Source of the DNA: a virus
Lineage: Duplodnaviria > Caudoviricetes
Direction: 5' to 3' (one strand)
Length of the DNA stretch: 34,775 bases
Virus record (IMG/VR): IMGVR_UViG_3300046782_000288
Span: 1-34,775 of that record
The stretch's first letter is position 1. Every line of letters starts with the position of its first letter. The notes beneath the pieces were generated by a model that worked only from the letters and a program-made list of their open reading frames with translations, was not told the origin of the DNA and did not search any database. Positions 26,687-34,615 of this stretch are shown piece by piece. Made by a program: the position numbers and the translations under genes.

Positions 26687-27340
26687 CTATCTCAACGGCG
26701 TCGGCGTGGGATTGACGTTGTACGTGCTCATGCCGCGCTTCTGACCCGTCACCCGGAACTGCTGCGGATAAGCCCACGCCTGCGAGCCGACGGTATTCGC
26801 CCGCATCATCGCCACCCGAGCACGCGCGATCTTATCGCGGAACCTGGTCAGATGGAATTGCGCCAGCGTAGGATTGGAATAGCTCTGCCCCGGCTGCAGC
26901 ATCATGTTGCCGAGAATGCCGCTGAGGATCGCCTGACCGTGCGCCGGCAGCACCCAATCCGGAATATGCGGCGGCACGCATTCCAGCGGATCGGTCACGT
27001 TCTTGACGACGATGGCCGTCATCGGCTGCGTGTTCGTATAGGGATAAAGAAAATGCACCGTCCCAATCACCGGCATGACCGCCGACTGCGGCACGTTGTT
27101 CTGATCCAGTACACCGTACAGCCGCAATATCCGGCCAGTCGACGGATGCAGCGGATAGTCCAGCAACTCCGGTATCACCGTTATGCCGATGTTCTCCTGC
27201 CAGCAATTCGAGTCATTGAAAAATTCATCCAGCACATCGAACAGCTGCGCCTGCATGGCAGCCTGCGAAGCCCCCATCAACGCAGTGTCCGCCTGTCCGA
27301 GAATTTTAACCCAGTAGCCCGCAAGGTTGGATTTGCTCAT
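26687..27340 (-). CDS. Head-tail adaptor-like protein (217 aa)
   Basis: ATGA overlap with the upstream gene; EFF..SNCWQE...AILSGILGNMMLQPGQSYSN; position after the capsid gene. Confidence 0.6.
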   Translation of the reverse strand: MSKSNLAGYWVKILGQADTALMGASQAAMQAQLFDVLDEFFNDSNCWQENIGITVIPELLDYPLHPSTGRILRLYGVLDQNNVPQSAVMPVIGTVHFLYPYTNTQPMTAIVVKNVTDPLECVPPHIPDWVLPAHGQAILSGILGNMMLQPGQSYSNPTLAQFHLTRFRDKIARARVAMMRANTVGSQAWAYPQQFRVTGQKRGMSTYNVNPTPTPLR

Positions 27341-27789
27341 TGTCCTTGTTGTCCTCTGCCTGGCCCTGAACCACCGGCCACGCCAGGCAGCGCACGGCCG
27401 ACCAGTCCGGCGCTGAACAGCGCGAAATACGAAGTCGCCCGGCTGTCCTGGACGTCCTCTTGATCGCGTTCCAGCGCGTGCGCGCACAGCCCGTGCAGGA
27501 TCGCCAACCGGAACTGCGGCTCCATCTCGACATAGGTGTCATCCACCTCAGTGAACGCCTGCGTCTGCCCGCGCGTCCGCATGTTAAAGATGAACAGATC
27601 AGTGCGCAGCCGCCGCGCTTCCAGCAGAGTGACATTTAGAGACGTCAGCAAGGAAGCGTCGTCATACCGATAAGGCGGAACGACATCCTGCAACAGCGTG
27701 CGCGCGTCGGCAACGTAATCAGCGACAGTGGCAAGCGTCGGCTGATCGCGGTCGCTGAAATTGCCGAAATAGGACGGAGACGTGGTCAT
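27337..27789 (-). CDS. Head-tail adaptor-like protein (150 aa)
   Basis: ARTLLQD....RYDDASLLTSLN......RRLRTDLF, an adaptor-type helical pattern. Confidence 0.6.
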   Translation of the reverse strand: MTTSPSYFGNFSDRDQPTLATVADYVADARTLLQDVVPPYRYDDASLLTSLNVTLLEARRLRTDLFIFNMRTRGQTQAFTEVDDTYVEMEPQFRLAILHGLCAHALERDQEDVQDSRATSYFALFSAGLVGRALPGVAGGSGPGRGQQGQ

Positions 27790-28622
27790 CGGGAGTAGCT
27801 CCCTTTAGGGCGCCCAGCCTGCTTCACAGAAGATCGTTCGAACCCACAATACCGGCACCCTTGCCCCCGGTACATAAGCCTCTGAACAGTAGGTTTCCCA
27901 ATATAATCATGCTTAGAACAATAGATGGTAACCCGACCATCAACGGCACCAGGCTTACTTGGTGGTCCGATCTCCCTGCACTCCCAGCCTAATTCAGTTG
28001 TCTTAGCTTTAATCGCTTCCGGTGTGTTCTTACGACCGCGGCGATCCCATATTTGATTCGTAAGTTCACTTTGTCGCTCACCAGCACCCGGTCTGCTCCA
28101 GCGAGCAATGCGAGCAGCTTCGCCGTTATCGATACCTTTCTGTTTTAGCGAAACTCCAGCTCGCTTCTCGGGCGTCCAAGCAGCTATCATGGCAGCAACA
28201 CGAGCAGCCTTCTTCTCAGGGTTCGCCCAGTTCAACTCATTTTGCTCGATAAGATGCTCGCGAAAATCCGGGTTGTTCGCAATCATACGTTTTAAATGAC
28301 CGGAATGGGCCGCACGCTCTGCCTCCGTCATCCTCAAGCCCCTATTGGAATCCGCCCGCAAGCGCGAATTATACCGTGGCTTCAACTTGTCGATCCAAAA
28401 CTGCTCCCGTTCCTCAAGCTGCTCTGGAAGACATTCTTCAAGGAGGCCGAATTCAAAGCCTTCACCACGATATTTCACAAATGCCTTTGACAGCCGACGC
28501 GAAGGGTGCCGATTGCTACGCAAATCACTCAAATGCTGGATACAGCGCTTCTCGGCTCGTATCGAGGAACCAACATACATTTTGCCGCTCTGGCTTTTGA
28601 GGAAGTAAATTCCACACGTCAT
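27786..28622 (-). CDS. Free-standing GIY-YIG homing endonuclease with a C-terminal Zn-ribbon
   Basis: CGIYFL...MYVGSS...R..QHL...EREQFWID...YN catalytic domain; C-terminal IYCSKH...GQGCRYC; lower GC; SD GGAGG. Confidence 0.92.
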   Translation of the reverse strand: MTCGIYFLKSQSGKMYVGSSIRAEKRCIQHLSDLRSNRHPSRRLSKAFVKYRGEGFEFGLLEECLPEQLEEREQFWIDKLKPRYNSRLRADSNRGLRMTEAERAAHSGHLKRMIANNPDFREHLIEQNELNWANPEKKAARVAAMIAAWTPEKRAGVSLKQKGIDNGEAARIARWSRPGAGERQSELTNQIWDRRGRKNTPEAIKAKTTELGWECREIGPPSKPGAVDGRVTIYCSKHDYIGKPTVQRLMYRGQGCRYCGFERSSVKQAGRPKGSYSR

Positions 28623-28623
28623 A

Positions 28624-28723
28624 TTCTGGCCTCCCGTTTGTGTGCAACAGCACTGGAAGGCCAGAAGATGTTACCTAATGTTCAAGCTGTCAAGATTGCT
28701 TCGCTAACAGCTTGATTATACCA
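28624..28723 (-). promoter_or_regulatory. GIY-YIG control region: extended -10 promoter, 10-bp hairpin and 12-bp SD-sequestering hairpin
   Basis: TGgTATAAT at 28723-28715; inverted repeat 28715-28682; UUCUGGCCUUCC (28666-28655) pairs with GGGAGGCCAGAA (28635-28624), which contains the SD. Confidence 0.7.
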
Positions 28724-28725
28724 GA

Positions 28726-28796
28726 CTATCCGCCAGAGATGACCTGAGCTTGGCACAAGGCCGTGCCGTCGATCACTTGATAGCCGTACACCTGCA
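28726..28796 (-). CDS. Major capsid protein, exon 3
   Basis: Joining GGG T|TG CAG restores RGLQVYGYQVIDGTALCQAQVISGG-stop. Confidence 0.88.
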
Positions 28797-29106
28797 CGTT
28801 GTGTTTCACAACCAGTACACCCTGATTGATCGGTCGGCTCTTTATCCGACCACCTGCAACTTTCGCTGCAGACCAGACTATATCTTCCTGCTTGCACAGG
28901 CTCCGCGCTCGTGGGCCTTTCATCCGGTCTGGATTACTCGACCTAGTCGTTGGACCTTCTCCCTGTTCCCAGGGAGCTTGGCTGCTGATTGCCCAATCCG
29001 AAGTGTTTTCAAACCGTCGCATCTACCGTTACCAGTTATGCTGTGGTCACTTCGGCTCTCAGGGGTTCCCAGACAAATTCACGGAGTTTAACGAGAGCTA
29101 ATTTTA
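28797..29106 (-). ncRNA. Group I intron 2 of the capsid gene (310 nt, ORF-less, IA-like with a P7.1 insertion)
   Basis: P1 GAGGGU/GCUCUC with U-G at the splice site; P3 CUCCGUG/CGCGGAG; Q CAAUCAGCAGCC; P6a with GGAA loop; P7 GACUA...AAGAUAUAGUC; P9 CUGCAGC-GAAA-GUUGCAG; terminal G at 28797. Confidence 0.92.
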
Positions 29107-29641
29107 ACCCTCTGAGGATCTGGCCGAAGGTCAGCTCACTCCTCAACGTTTCCAATTTTGAAATCTGGCTTGCGAACGTAATCCCGTGCGCATGCCCAGC
29201 GAAGATCGGAAACTCGCCCGCTGCGAAGTTGGTTGAATCGCTCGTGTTGGTCGGCAGCAGGTTCGAGATATACAACGTGAATCGATCAATCATTCCGAGC
29301 CGGCCATTGCGCAGCATGGAGACCGGATCGCCCGACAGATAGGCCTGGCGCAGTTCCGACTGCTTGATCTGCCGCCCGGCCCACGCCGGCATCACCACCC
29401 AGCGGCCAATCTCCGGGATGTTCTGCTCGTCGAGGCACTCCCCCATGCGCAGAAGCAGATCGATCAGATTGGATTGACCGGCCGTCGCACCCTGCCCAAC
29501 CACCGTGATCGGCGTGCCCTTGATCCCGAGGTTGAGATTGGCGTACTTCCCGGCCGTCGCGCCGCGGTTGGTCGCCGCGCATTGCCCGACGATGCCGTCG
29601 AGCACTTCCGTGTCGACCGCGATTTTGAGCTGCTGAGCTGC
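29107..29641 (-). CDS. Major capsid protein, exon 2
   Basis: AAQQLKIAVDTEVLDG...LDEQNIPEIGRWVVMP...NGRLGMIDRFTLYISN...TFGQILRG, an HK97-fold capsid pattern, in frame with exon 1 after splicing. Confidence 0.9.
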
Positions 29642-30722
29642 CCAACGAACGTTTACGCGTTCGTTCCGACTATCGCTTCAACCACTGGAGCTATTATCTG
29701 CTTACGCCTGTATCCGCGCGTAGGCCGCTTGAGCCTATGATAGCGCTCAAGCTGCCAGCAATTCTTGCATAAGCCTTTAGCGTAAGGCTTACCGCCGCAC
29801 TGACAGAGAACGCCTTCCGCGTGCCTATAGCGAGATTGCGGATCAGGCACGTCGCGCACCAACACAAGTTCAGCAGACACATCCACAGTAGCCGCTAGGT
29901 CATTTAGTCTGTGCGGGTGGGTCTTCATGGCCTTGAGCGTATCCTCGATCACCTCGCCATCGCGAAAATGTCCCATCTTCGCACAGCCAAGAATGAAGTA
30001 CGCTTGTTCCCGTTTAACAGTCAGATGCTTCGCGATCGGATCAAAGAACTTGCGAACCATTGCTGCGTCCGCTCGAAGTTCCCATCGCCAGCAATTACCT
30101 GTCGCACCTCGCTGTCGAATGGCTCCGCCAAATGCCTTTTGCACCAGGACGAGCCCATCCTTTTCTAAACCATCGGAATCAATCGATAACTTGACGGTTG
30201 CTGTCCCACCATGCCGATTTGCATGAGCATAAACACAACCATCAGCATCGAAATATCCCGCCAGCCAGTTGCGAGACGGATAAACAGGAATGCTGTCCGT
30301 TCCAACCCGTTCGGTGAACCCAAGTTCACGCAGGATACGATTGGCACGAACACGCTTGGCCACAAGATACGGCTTCAGCCGGCACAGCAGATCAACCGCT
30401 TTCTGTCCGGTAAACCGCAAGCGAGAACCATGCGTAATGGTCCCGCGACGGCGCCCGGAACGGTTGTCCCGTGTTCCACCTGAAAACCGCTGAGTAAGGA
30501 GATCGATGACTCCGCTATTGGATTCCTTCTGATGGAAACCGAGTTCAAGCCGTTTTACAGGAACTGGGTTAGTGGTCAGCCCAACGAAGAGCGAACCATC
30601 TCCATCAAGAAAACCAGCAGCGTATTTGTCACTCAGGATCAACTTACTATCCCTTCCCTCTGGTTGCCTTTTACAAGGTTCCCAGTTTTTTAGACCTAGT
30701 TTACCGACGACACAACGTCTTT
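29642..30722 (-). ncRNA. Group I intron 1 of the capsid gene (1081 nt) carrying a LAGLIDADG ORF
   Basis: P1 CGACGAU/GUCGUCG with U-G; P3 CUAGGUC (30699-30693)/GACCUAG (29901-29895); P4 CUGG/CCAG; P5 CCUU-GUAA-AAGG; P7 GACUA (29909-29905)/UAGUC (29672-29668); P8 CGGCUACUG/CAGUGGUUG; P9 AACGAACG/CGUUCGUU; terminal G at 29642. Confidence 0.9.
29653..30642 (-). CDS. Intron-encoded double-motif LAGLIDADG homing endonuclease with a C-terminal Cys4 domain
   Basis: YAAGFLDGDG and WLAGYFDADG motifs; C-terminal CQCGGKPYAKGLCKNC; TTG start after a purine-rich stretch. Confidence 0.92.
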   Translation of the reverse strand: MILSDKYAAGFLDGDGSLFVGLTTNPVPVKRLELGFHQKESNSGVIDLLTQRFSGGTRDNRSGRRRGTITHGSRLRFTGQKAVDLLCRLKPYLVAKRVRANRILRELGFTERVGTDSIPVYPSRNWLAGYFDADGCVYAHANRHGGTATVKLSIDSDGLEKDGLVLVQKAFGGAIRQRGATGNCWRWELRADAAMVRKFFDPIAKHLTVKREQAYFILGCAKMGHFRDGEVIEDTLKAMKTHPHRLNDLAATVDVSAELVLVRDVPDPQSRYRHAEGVLCQCGGKPYAKGLCKNCWQLERYHRLKRPTRGYRRKQIIAPVVEAIVGTNA

Positions 30723-31124
30723 ATCGTCGCTCCATATAGACAGGACATTCAGATCGCTCTGCACCTCCATCACGTCGTCGAGGATCAGAGAGAAGTAAAA
30801 GCCGTTGCCGATGTAGAGTTCGACTGAGCCTCCAGTTGGTCGATCAAGACCGAGCAAACCGTCGGCCTGATACTTGCGGATCGTGATCGTAGGCTTTGTG
30901 CGAATCTTGACCCTGTCGCCTTGGTTGGCGATTTCGCCTTCGTAGTCTGTGTTTGATATGGCCGACAAAACGGTCGACGCATAAAATTTCTCAACGAGTT
31001 TAGCACTCCAGATCTCGGGAATAAATCCGGTCGATTGGAGTAGGTTTCCGGTAGACCCTACGGGGGTCAGGGGCGGGACTGAGCCTGACGTTGCGCCAGG
31101 AAAACCCGCACTCGGGATAGGCAT
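30723..31124 (-). CDS. Major capsid protein, exon 1 (spliced product 335 aa)
   Basis: FIPEIWSAKLVEKFYASTVLSAISNTDYEGEIANQGDRVKI...WSDD; follows the scaffold gene; 134 codons to the splice site. Confidence 0.92.
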
Positions 31125-31127
31125 GAG

Positions 31128-31153
31128 GGTAGCTCCATCGCTTGGGAGCTACC
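31128..31153 (-). promoter_or_regulatory. Perfect 9-bp hairpin enclosing the capsid gene SD
   Basis: GGUAGCUCC-8 nt-GGAGCUACC; the GGAG lies 8 nt before ATG 31124. Confidence 0.55.
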
Positions 31154-31183
31154 GGTCCTTATAGGATACGGGCGGCCCCCGGT

Positions 31184-32284
31184 TTATCGGTAGCGCCCCT
31201 CGCGCTGGGCTGCGAACATATCGGCCTCCAGCCGAGCCCACTCGGCTTCGCGACCGACATACGCACCTTTACGGTGCTGTTCGTACAGCTGCTTGACTTG
31301 GGCGCGTGTGTAGATGGGTTTGTCGGGCGGCACCGAGGCATCGCCTCCGGTTGCCGGCCTGGCCCTGCCAGGGGCTGCCAAGGAGCCTAGATCGACGGCC
31401 GGGGTTCGAGGAGGCGGGGCCTGCTGAACGGCGGGCGAAGGCTCGATGTGACCCGTGGCTTGCTCTTCCTGTAGAAATCCTCTGAAGAACGAGATGACTC
31501 TAGGGGCGTCGGCCGCTGAAATCGCTTCGTTCAACAATTGCTGTCTAACACGGCCCGAAAGCATGTCAAGCGAGAGCAGCCACCTGTGCCAGCGGGGATC
31601 GCGGTCGACGTCGCGGAAGTTCGGCACCGCGAGCTCGAGGCGCTGGTCCAGGTTCCGCCGCGCCTCGATCGCGAGGCGCCGCTGCATCTCGGCGTTCTGC
31701 TGCTTGATCTCCTGCAGCTCGGGGCTTAGCGCCTGCGCGGCGGCGCGTTGGGTGAAGTTGATCAGGTCGCTGCCGTAGTTCTGAACGTCCTGCTCCGTCA
31801 CATAAGCCGGTGGCGGCGGAGGGGACGGTGCGGTGCGCCCATTGTGGTAAACCGCCTGCTGGGTCTGTAACAGTTCGTTACCGAGCTGGGTCATCTGCTC
31901 CTGCATCTCGGCGAGCGTCTTCTGCGACGCGTCATAGCGCCCCTTCATCGCCAGATAGCGATGCTCCCAATTGTCCGGCTTGGGCTCGGAGGTAGGAGCG
32001 GATTCCGCGGGCGCCGGCTCGGCCGGTGGGGTGGCGTGGTCGGGGGGAGCCGACGCCTGCGAAGCCGGAGCTTCCGGGGGGGCCGAGGGTTGCTCTGGCT
32101 TAGGCCCGCTTGCGGGCGGCTTCGGGACTACGTCCCCGCTCTCCTGTTGAGCCGAAGCAAGCTGGCCTTTCTTATTGTAAAGCGCATCGACCGCCGCGGC
32201 ACGCTTTTTCACGGCGTCGGGGATCGAGTTCGGGTCGATCGGCAGCTTTGCCATCGGCTTTTCGTCGACGGTCACGTCAGCCAT
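31184..32284 (-). CDS. Capsid scaffolding protein (366 aa)
   Basis: Directly upstream of the capsid gene; Pro-rich linker, coiled coil (WEHRYLAMKGRYD...) and a charged C-terminal helix; SD GAGGAG. Confidence 0.75.
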   Translation of the reverse strand: MADVTVDEKPMAKLPIDPNSIPDAVKKRAAAVDALYNKKGQLASAQQESGDVVPKPPASGPKPEQPSAPPEAPASQASAPPDHATPPAEPAPAESAPTSEPKPDNWEHRYLAMKGRYDASQKTLAEMQEQMTQLGNELLQTQQAVYHNGRTAPSPPPPPAYVTEQDVQNYGSDLINFTQRAAAQALSPELQEIKQQNAEMQRRLAIEARRNLDQRLELAVPNFRDVDRDPRWHRWLLSLDMLSGRVRQQLLNEAISAADAPRVISFFRGFLQEEQATGHIEPSPAVQQAPPPRTPAVDLGSLAAPGRARPATGGDASVPPDKPIYTRAQVKQLYEQHRKGAYVGREAEWARLEADMFAAQREGRYR

Positions 32285-32492
32285 GTTTTATCTCCTCTAG
32301 AATGCGCAGCAACTTCTTGCATTGCTGGGCGTGGCCCTGCATGACCGGCAGATCGCCAGTTGCTTGCACCATCAGGTCGGTGGTTTGGGCCGAATAATTG
32401 GCAAAAGCAGCGACAAATTTCTCGTACTGCTGCGGCGCCGCGTTCCGCAGGAACCGGGTCGCTTCAGTAATTTCCTTGGTCGATGCGCTCAT
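32277..32492 (-). CDS. Hypothetical protein (71 aa)
   Basis: Overlaps both neighbours; helical, ...MQGHAQQCKKLLRIL. Confidence 0.75.
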   Translation of the reverse strand: MSASTKEITEATRFLRNAAPQQYEKFVAAFANYSAQTTDLMVQATGDLPVMQGHAQQCKKLLRILEEIKHG

Positions 32493-32779
32493 TGCCCACT
32501 AGTGTCGTCCGGAAGCGGTGGCCCGGCTCCTGGCCCCATGGCGGCGGGCGGGCTCGAGCCCAGCGGCGGCCCGCCCATCGGCGGGGCCGGCATCTGCGAC
32601 TGATCGGCGGTCGGCTGCGGCTGGGCTGGATACTGGTTTTGCATCTGCGCCAGCGGGTCGCCGCCCGTCAGCGAGCTGCGGCCACCGGAAGGAATGCGTT
32701 GCTGGACCGAGCCTTTGCCGACGTGCTTGACCACGCGGCCGTGCTTCGAAAGGGGAGTCAAATGCTTTTTAAAGACCAT
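32489..32779 (-). CDS. Small basic, Pro-rich protein (96 aa)
   Basis: SD GGAGG before ATG 32779. Confidence 0.65.
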   Translation of the reverse strand: MVFKKHLTPLSKHGRVVKHVGKGSVQQRIPSGGRSSLTGGDPLAQMQNQYPAQPQPTADQSQMPAPPMGGPPLGSSPPAAMGPGAGPPLPDDTSGQ

Positions 32780-32981
32780 ATTTCGGGCCTCCGTAGCCGA
32801 TGCCGGCGCCCTGGACGCCGAAGTTAGGCGCTCCCGACAGCGGCGTTGAGCCCTTGCCGTAATCACGGGTGGAGATGGGCTTGAGCCGCGGCGGTGCCGT
32901 CACGGCTTTGGCAGGGTCGACCGGCTTGGGCGCCTTCGGCATCGGCACCTTGGGCATCCGCGGTCCAATTCCTCGTGCCAT
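32769..32981 (-). CDS. Small basic, Pro/Gly-rich protein (70 aa)
   Basis: TGATG coupling to the upstream gene. Confidence 0.6.
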   Translation of the reverse strand: MARGIGPRMPKVPMPKAPKPVDPAKAVTAPPRLKPISTRDYGKGSTPLSGAPNFGVQGAGIGYGGPKYGL

Positions 32982-33205
32982 CAGCGGGCACCTGTTTGCC
33001 CAGCTGTCGCCGGCACGCTCGGATTAAATCCGAACATCTTGCCTGATCCGCCGGAGGCGAATTTCGCGCCTGGAGCGCTGCTCTGATCCTTGCCGGTGTT
33101 GCCGGGCTTGTCCGGAGTGGCGGCCTGCTCACCGAACATGTGCGTATCTCCACCTTTGGCGAATTCGACATTCTTTTCGGATTCCACTTTCGACTTCTCG
33201 GCCAT
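32981..33205 (-). CDS. Small protein (74 aa) with two FAxGGxxxMFG repeats
   Basis: SD AGGAGG before ATG 33205; EFAKGGDTHMFG / KFASGGSGKMFG. Confidence 0.75.
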   Translation of the reverse strand: MAEKSKVESEKNVEFAKGGDTHMFGEQAATPDKPGNTGKDQSSAPGAKFASGGSGKMFGFNPSVPATAGQTGAR

Positions 33206-33248
33206 GATCTGCCTCCTGCTGGTTTCCACGCATTCTACCGTAACCCCA

Positions 33249-33557
33249 TCAATCGAACAACAGATCGAGAATGACCTCGTGTCTCGATCCGGCCGGCTGT
33301 ACCGGCACGTTGATCGTGACAACCGGACTGACGAGGGACGCCGAATCGGCTCCAGCGATCGCCACGACACCTGTCGGAGGCGGAATCTTGCTGCCAGGAG
33401 ACGCCCCGCCGAACCAATTGACGATAGCGCCTCCCTGACCCGCAGGACTGTTGGTCCCGACCCAGTACGGGCTGATGTTCAAATCGAAAGTAAACGACGT
33501 CGACACCCCATCAGCTATGGCCCACACCATGACCCGGACAACTTTTTGAATCGCCAT
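33249..33557 (-). CDS. Hypothetical beta-rich protein (102 aa)
   Basis: SD AGGAG; TGATG coupling to the collagen gene. Confidence 0.7.
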   Translation of the reverse strand: MAIQKVVRVMVWAIADGVSTSFTFDLNISPYWVGTNSPAGQGGAIVNWFGGASPGSKIPPPTGVVAIAGADSASLVSPVVTINVPVQPAGSRHEVILDLLFD

Positions 33558-34606
33558 CAGCGGATTCTCCTGGCTGAAATGTATCCAGCCGCTCCCATGG
33601 TTCCGCCAGAGAAAATCCCCTGACCCACCAAATAGACATTGGTCGGCGCGTTAACGTTAACGCGGCAGATCCCGGTCTGCATGTACTGATCCACGCCCTT
33701 AGTGAACGGCAAGGCATACTGCGTCATGTTGCCGATGCCGGATGCGACCTGCGCCAGCGTCGGCAATGTCGCCGAGACAGTAGAAACCGATGCCGCCAAC
33801 GCCGTGACGGTCGTCGCCGTCACCGGATCGAACACGATCGCTCCGGACACCGCCCAATCGCCCGGTGTCAGGGCCAAGGTAGCGATGTTCGCCGTCACCC
33901 CCGTCGTCAGGGCGACCTCGACGGTGGTGCTCGTCGCAATGACTTCTCCGATGTTGCCCGCCGCCGCATTGTCGGCCGCAATGGTGCCTTTCAAATTGAA
34001 CGTGCCGGTCGGCCCGGTGGCGCCCGCAATTCCAGCCGCGCCGGTCGGTCCTTGCGGCCCGACGATCCCAACTGCGCCCGACGGCCCGGCCGCGCCCACG
34101 GGACCGGGTACGCCCTGCAAGCCGGTCGGCCCTGTTGGTCCGGCATCTCCCTGCGGCCCCGTTCCCCCTGCTCCGGTTCCGGTTCCGGTTGGGCCGGTTG
34201 GGCCGGTCGGGCCCGCCGAGCCTGCTCCCCCGGTGCCGGCATCCGGCATGTCCAACACGACCTGGAAGGTCCTGTCGGCGTCCTGCTTGATCTGGGTCGT
34301 GAACGTGCCCGAGCGGAACCGCAGCCAGGAAATGCCATAGCCGGTATTGGGCGGCATGGTGATGACGGACCCCGCCACCACGACCGGTATGGTCGCCGGA
34401 TAGGTCGAGAAATCCCCGATATCGGTCGTAAGATGCAGATTATTGTAGGTCACACCGCCATCTGCAGAAACTTGAAACGTCAGCGGCGCTGCGTTCCAAT
34501 CCGGCGGCATGACGATGCGCAGGATCCTGGTGCTGCCCGAGCAATCGACCCCGCTCGACATCGTGTGTCCGGCGGGGATCGTCAGCGGCAGGGTCTTTAG
34601 CGACAT
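33557..34606 (-). CDS. Collagen-like fibre (349 aa), possibly a head fibre
   Basis: N-terminal jelly-roll-like domain (LTFQVSADGGVTY), a G-X-Y tract and a beta-rich head; lies upstream of scaffold and capsid; SD AGGAGG. Confidence 0.75.
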   Translation of the reverse strand: MSLKTLPLTIPAGHTMSSGVDCSGSTRILRIVMPPDWNAAPLTFQVSADGGVTYNNLHLTTDIGDFSTYPATIPVVVAGSVITMPPNTGYGISWLRFRSGTFTTQIKQDADRTFQVVLDMPDAGTGGAGSAGPTGPTGPTGTGTGAGGTGPQGDAGPTGPTGLQGVPGPVGAAGPSGAVGIVGPQGPTGAAGIAGATGPTGTFNLKGTIAADNAAAGNIGEVIATSTTVEVALTTGVTANIATLALTPGDWAVSGAIVFDPVTATTVTALAASVSTVSATLPTLAQVASGIGNMTQYALPFTKGVDQYMQTGICRVNVNAPTNVYLVGQGIFSGGTMGAAGYISARRIR

Positions 34607-34615
34607 TATCCCCTC

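Noticed and set aside
28726-31124. Capsid fragments as a pseudogene or assembly error
   Set aside because: The interruptions have complete group I cores and precise frame-restoring splice sites.
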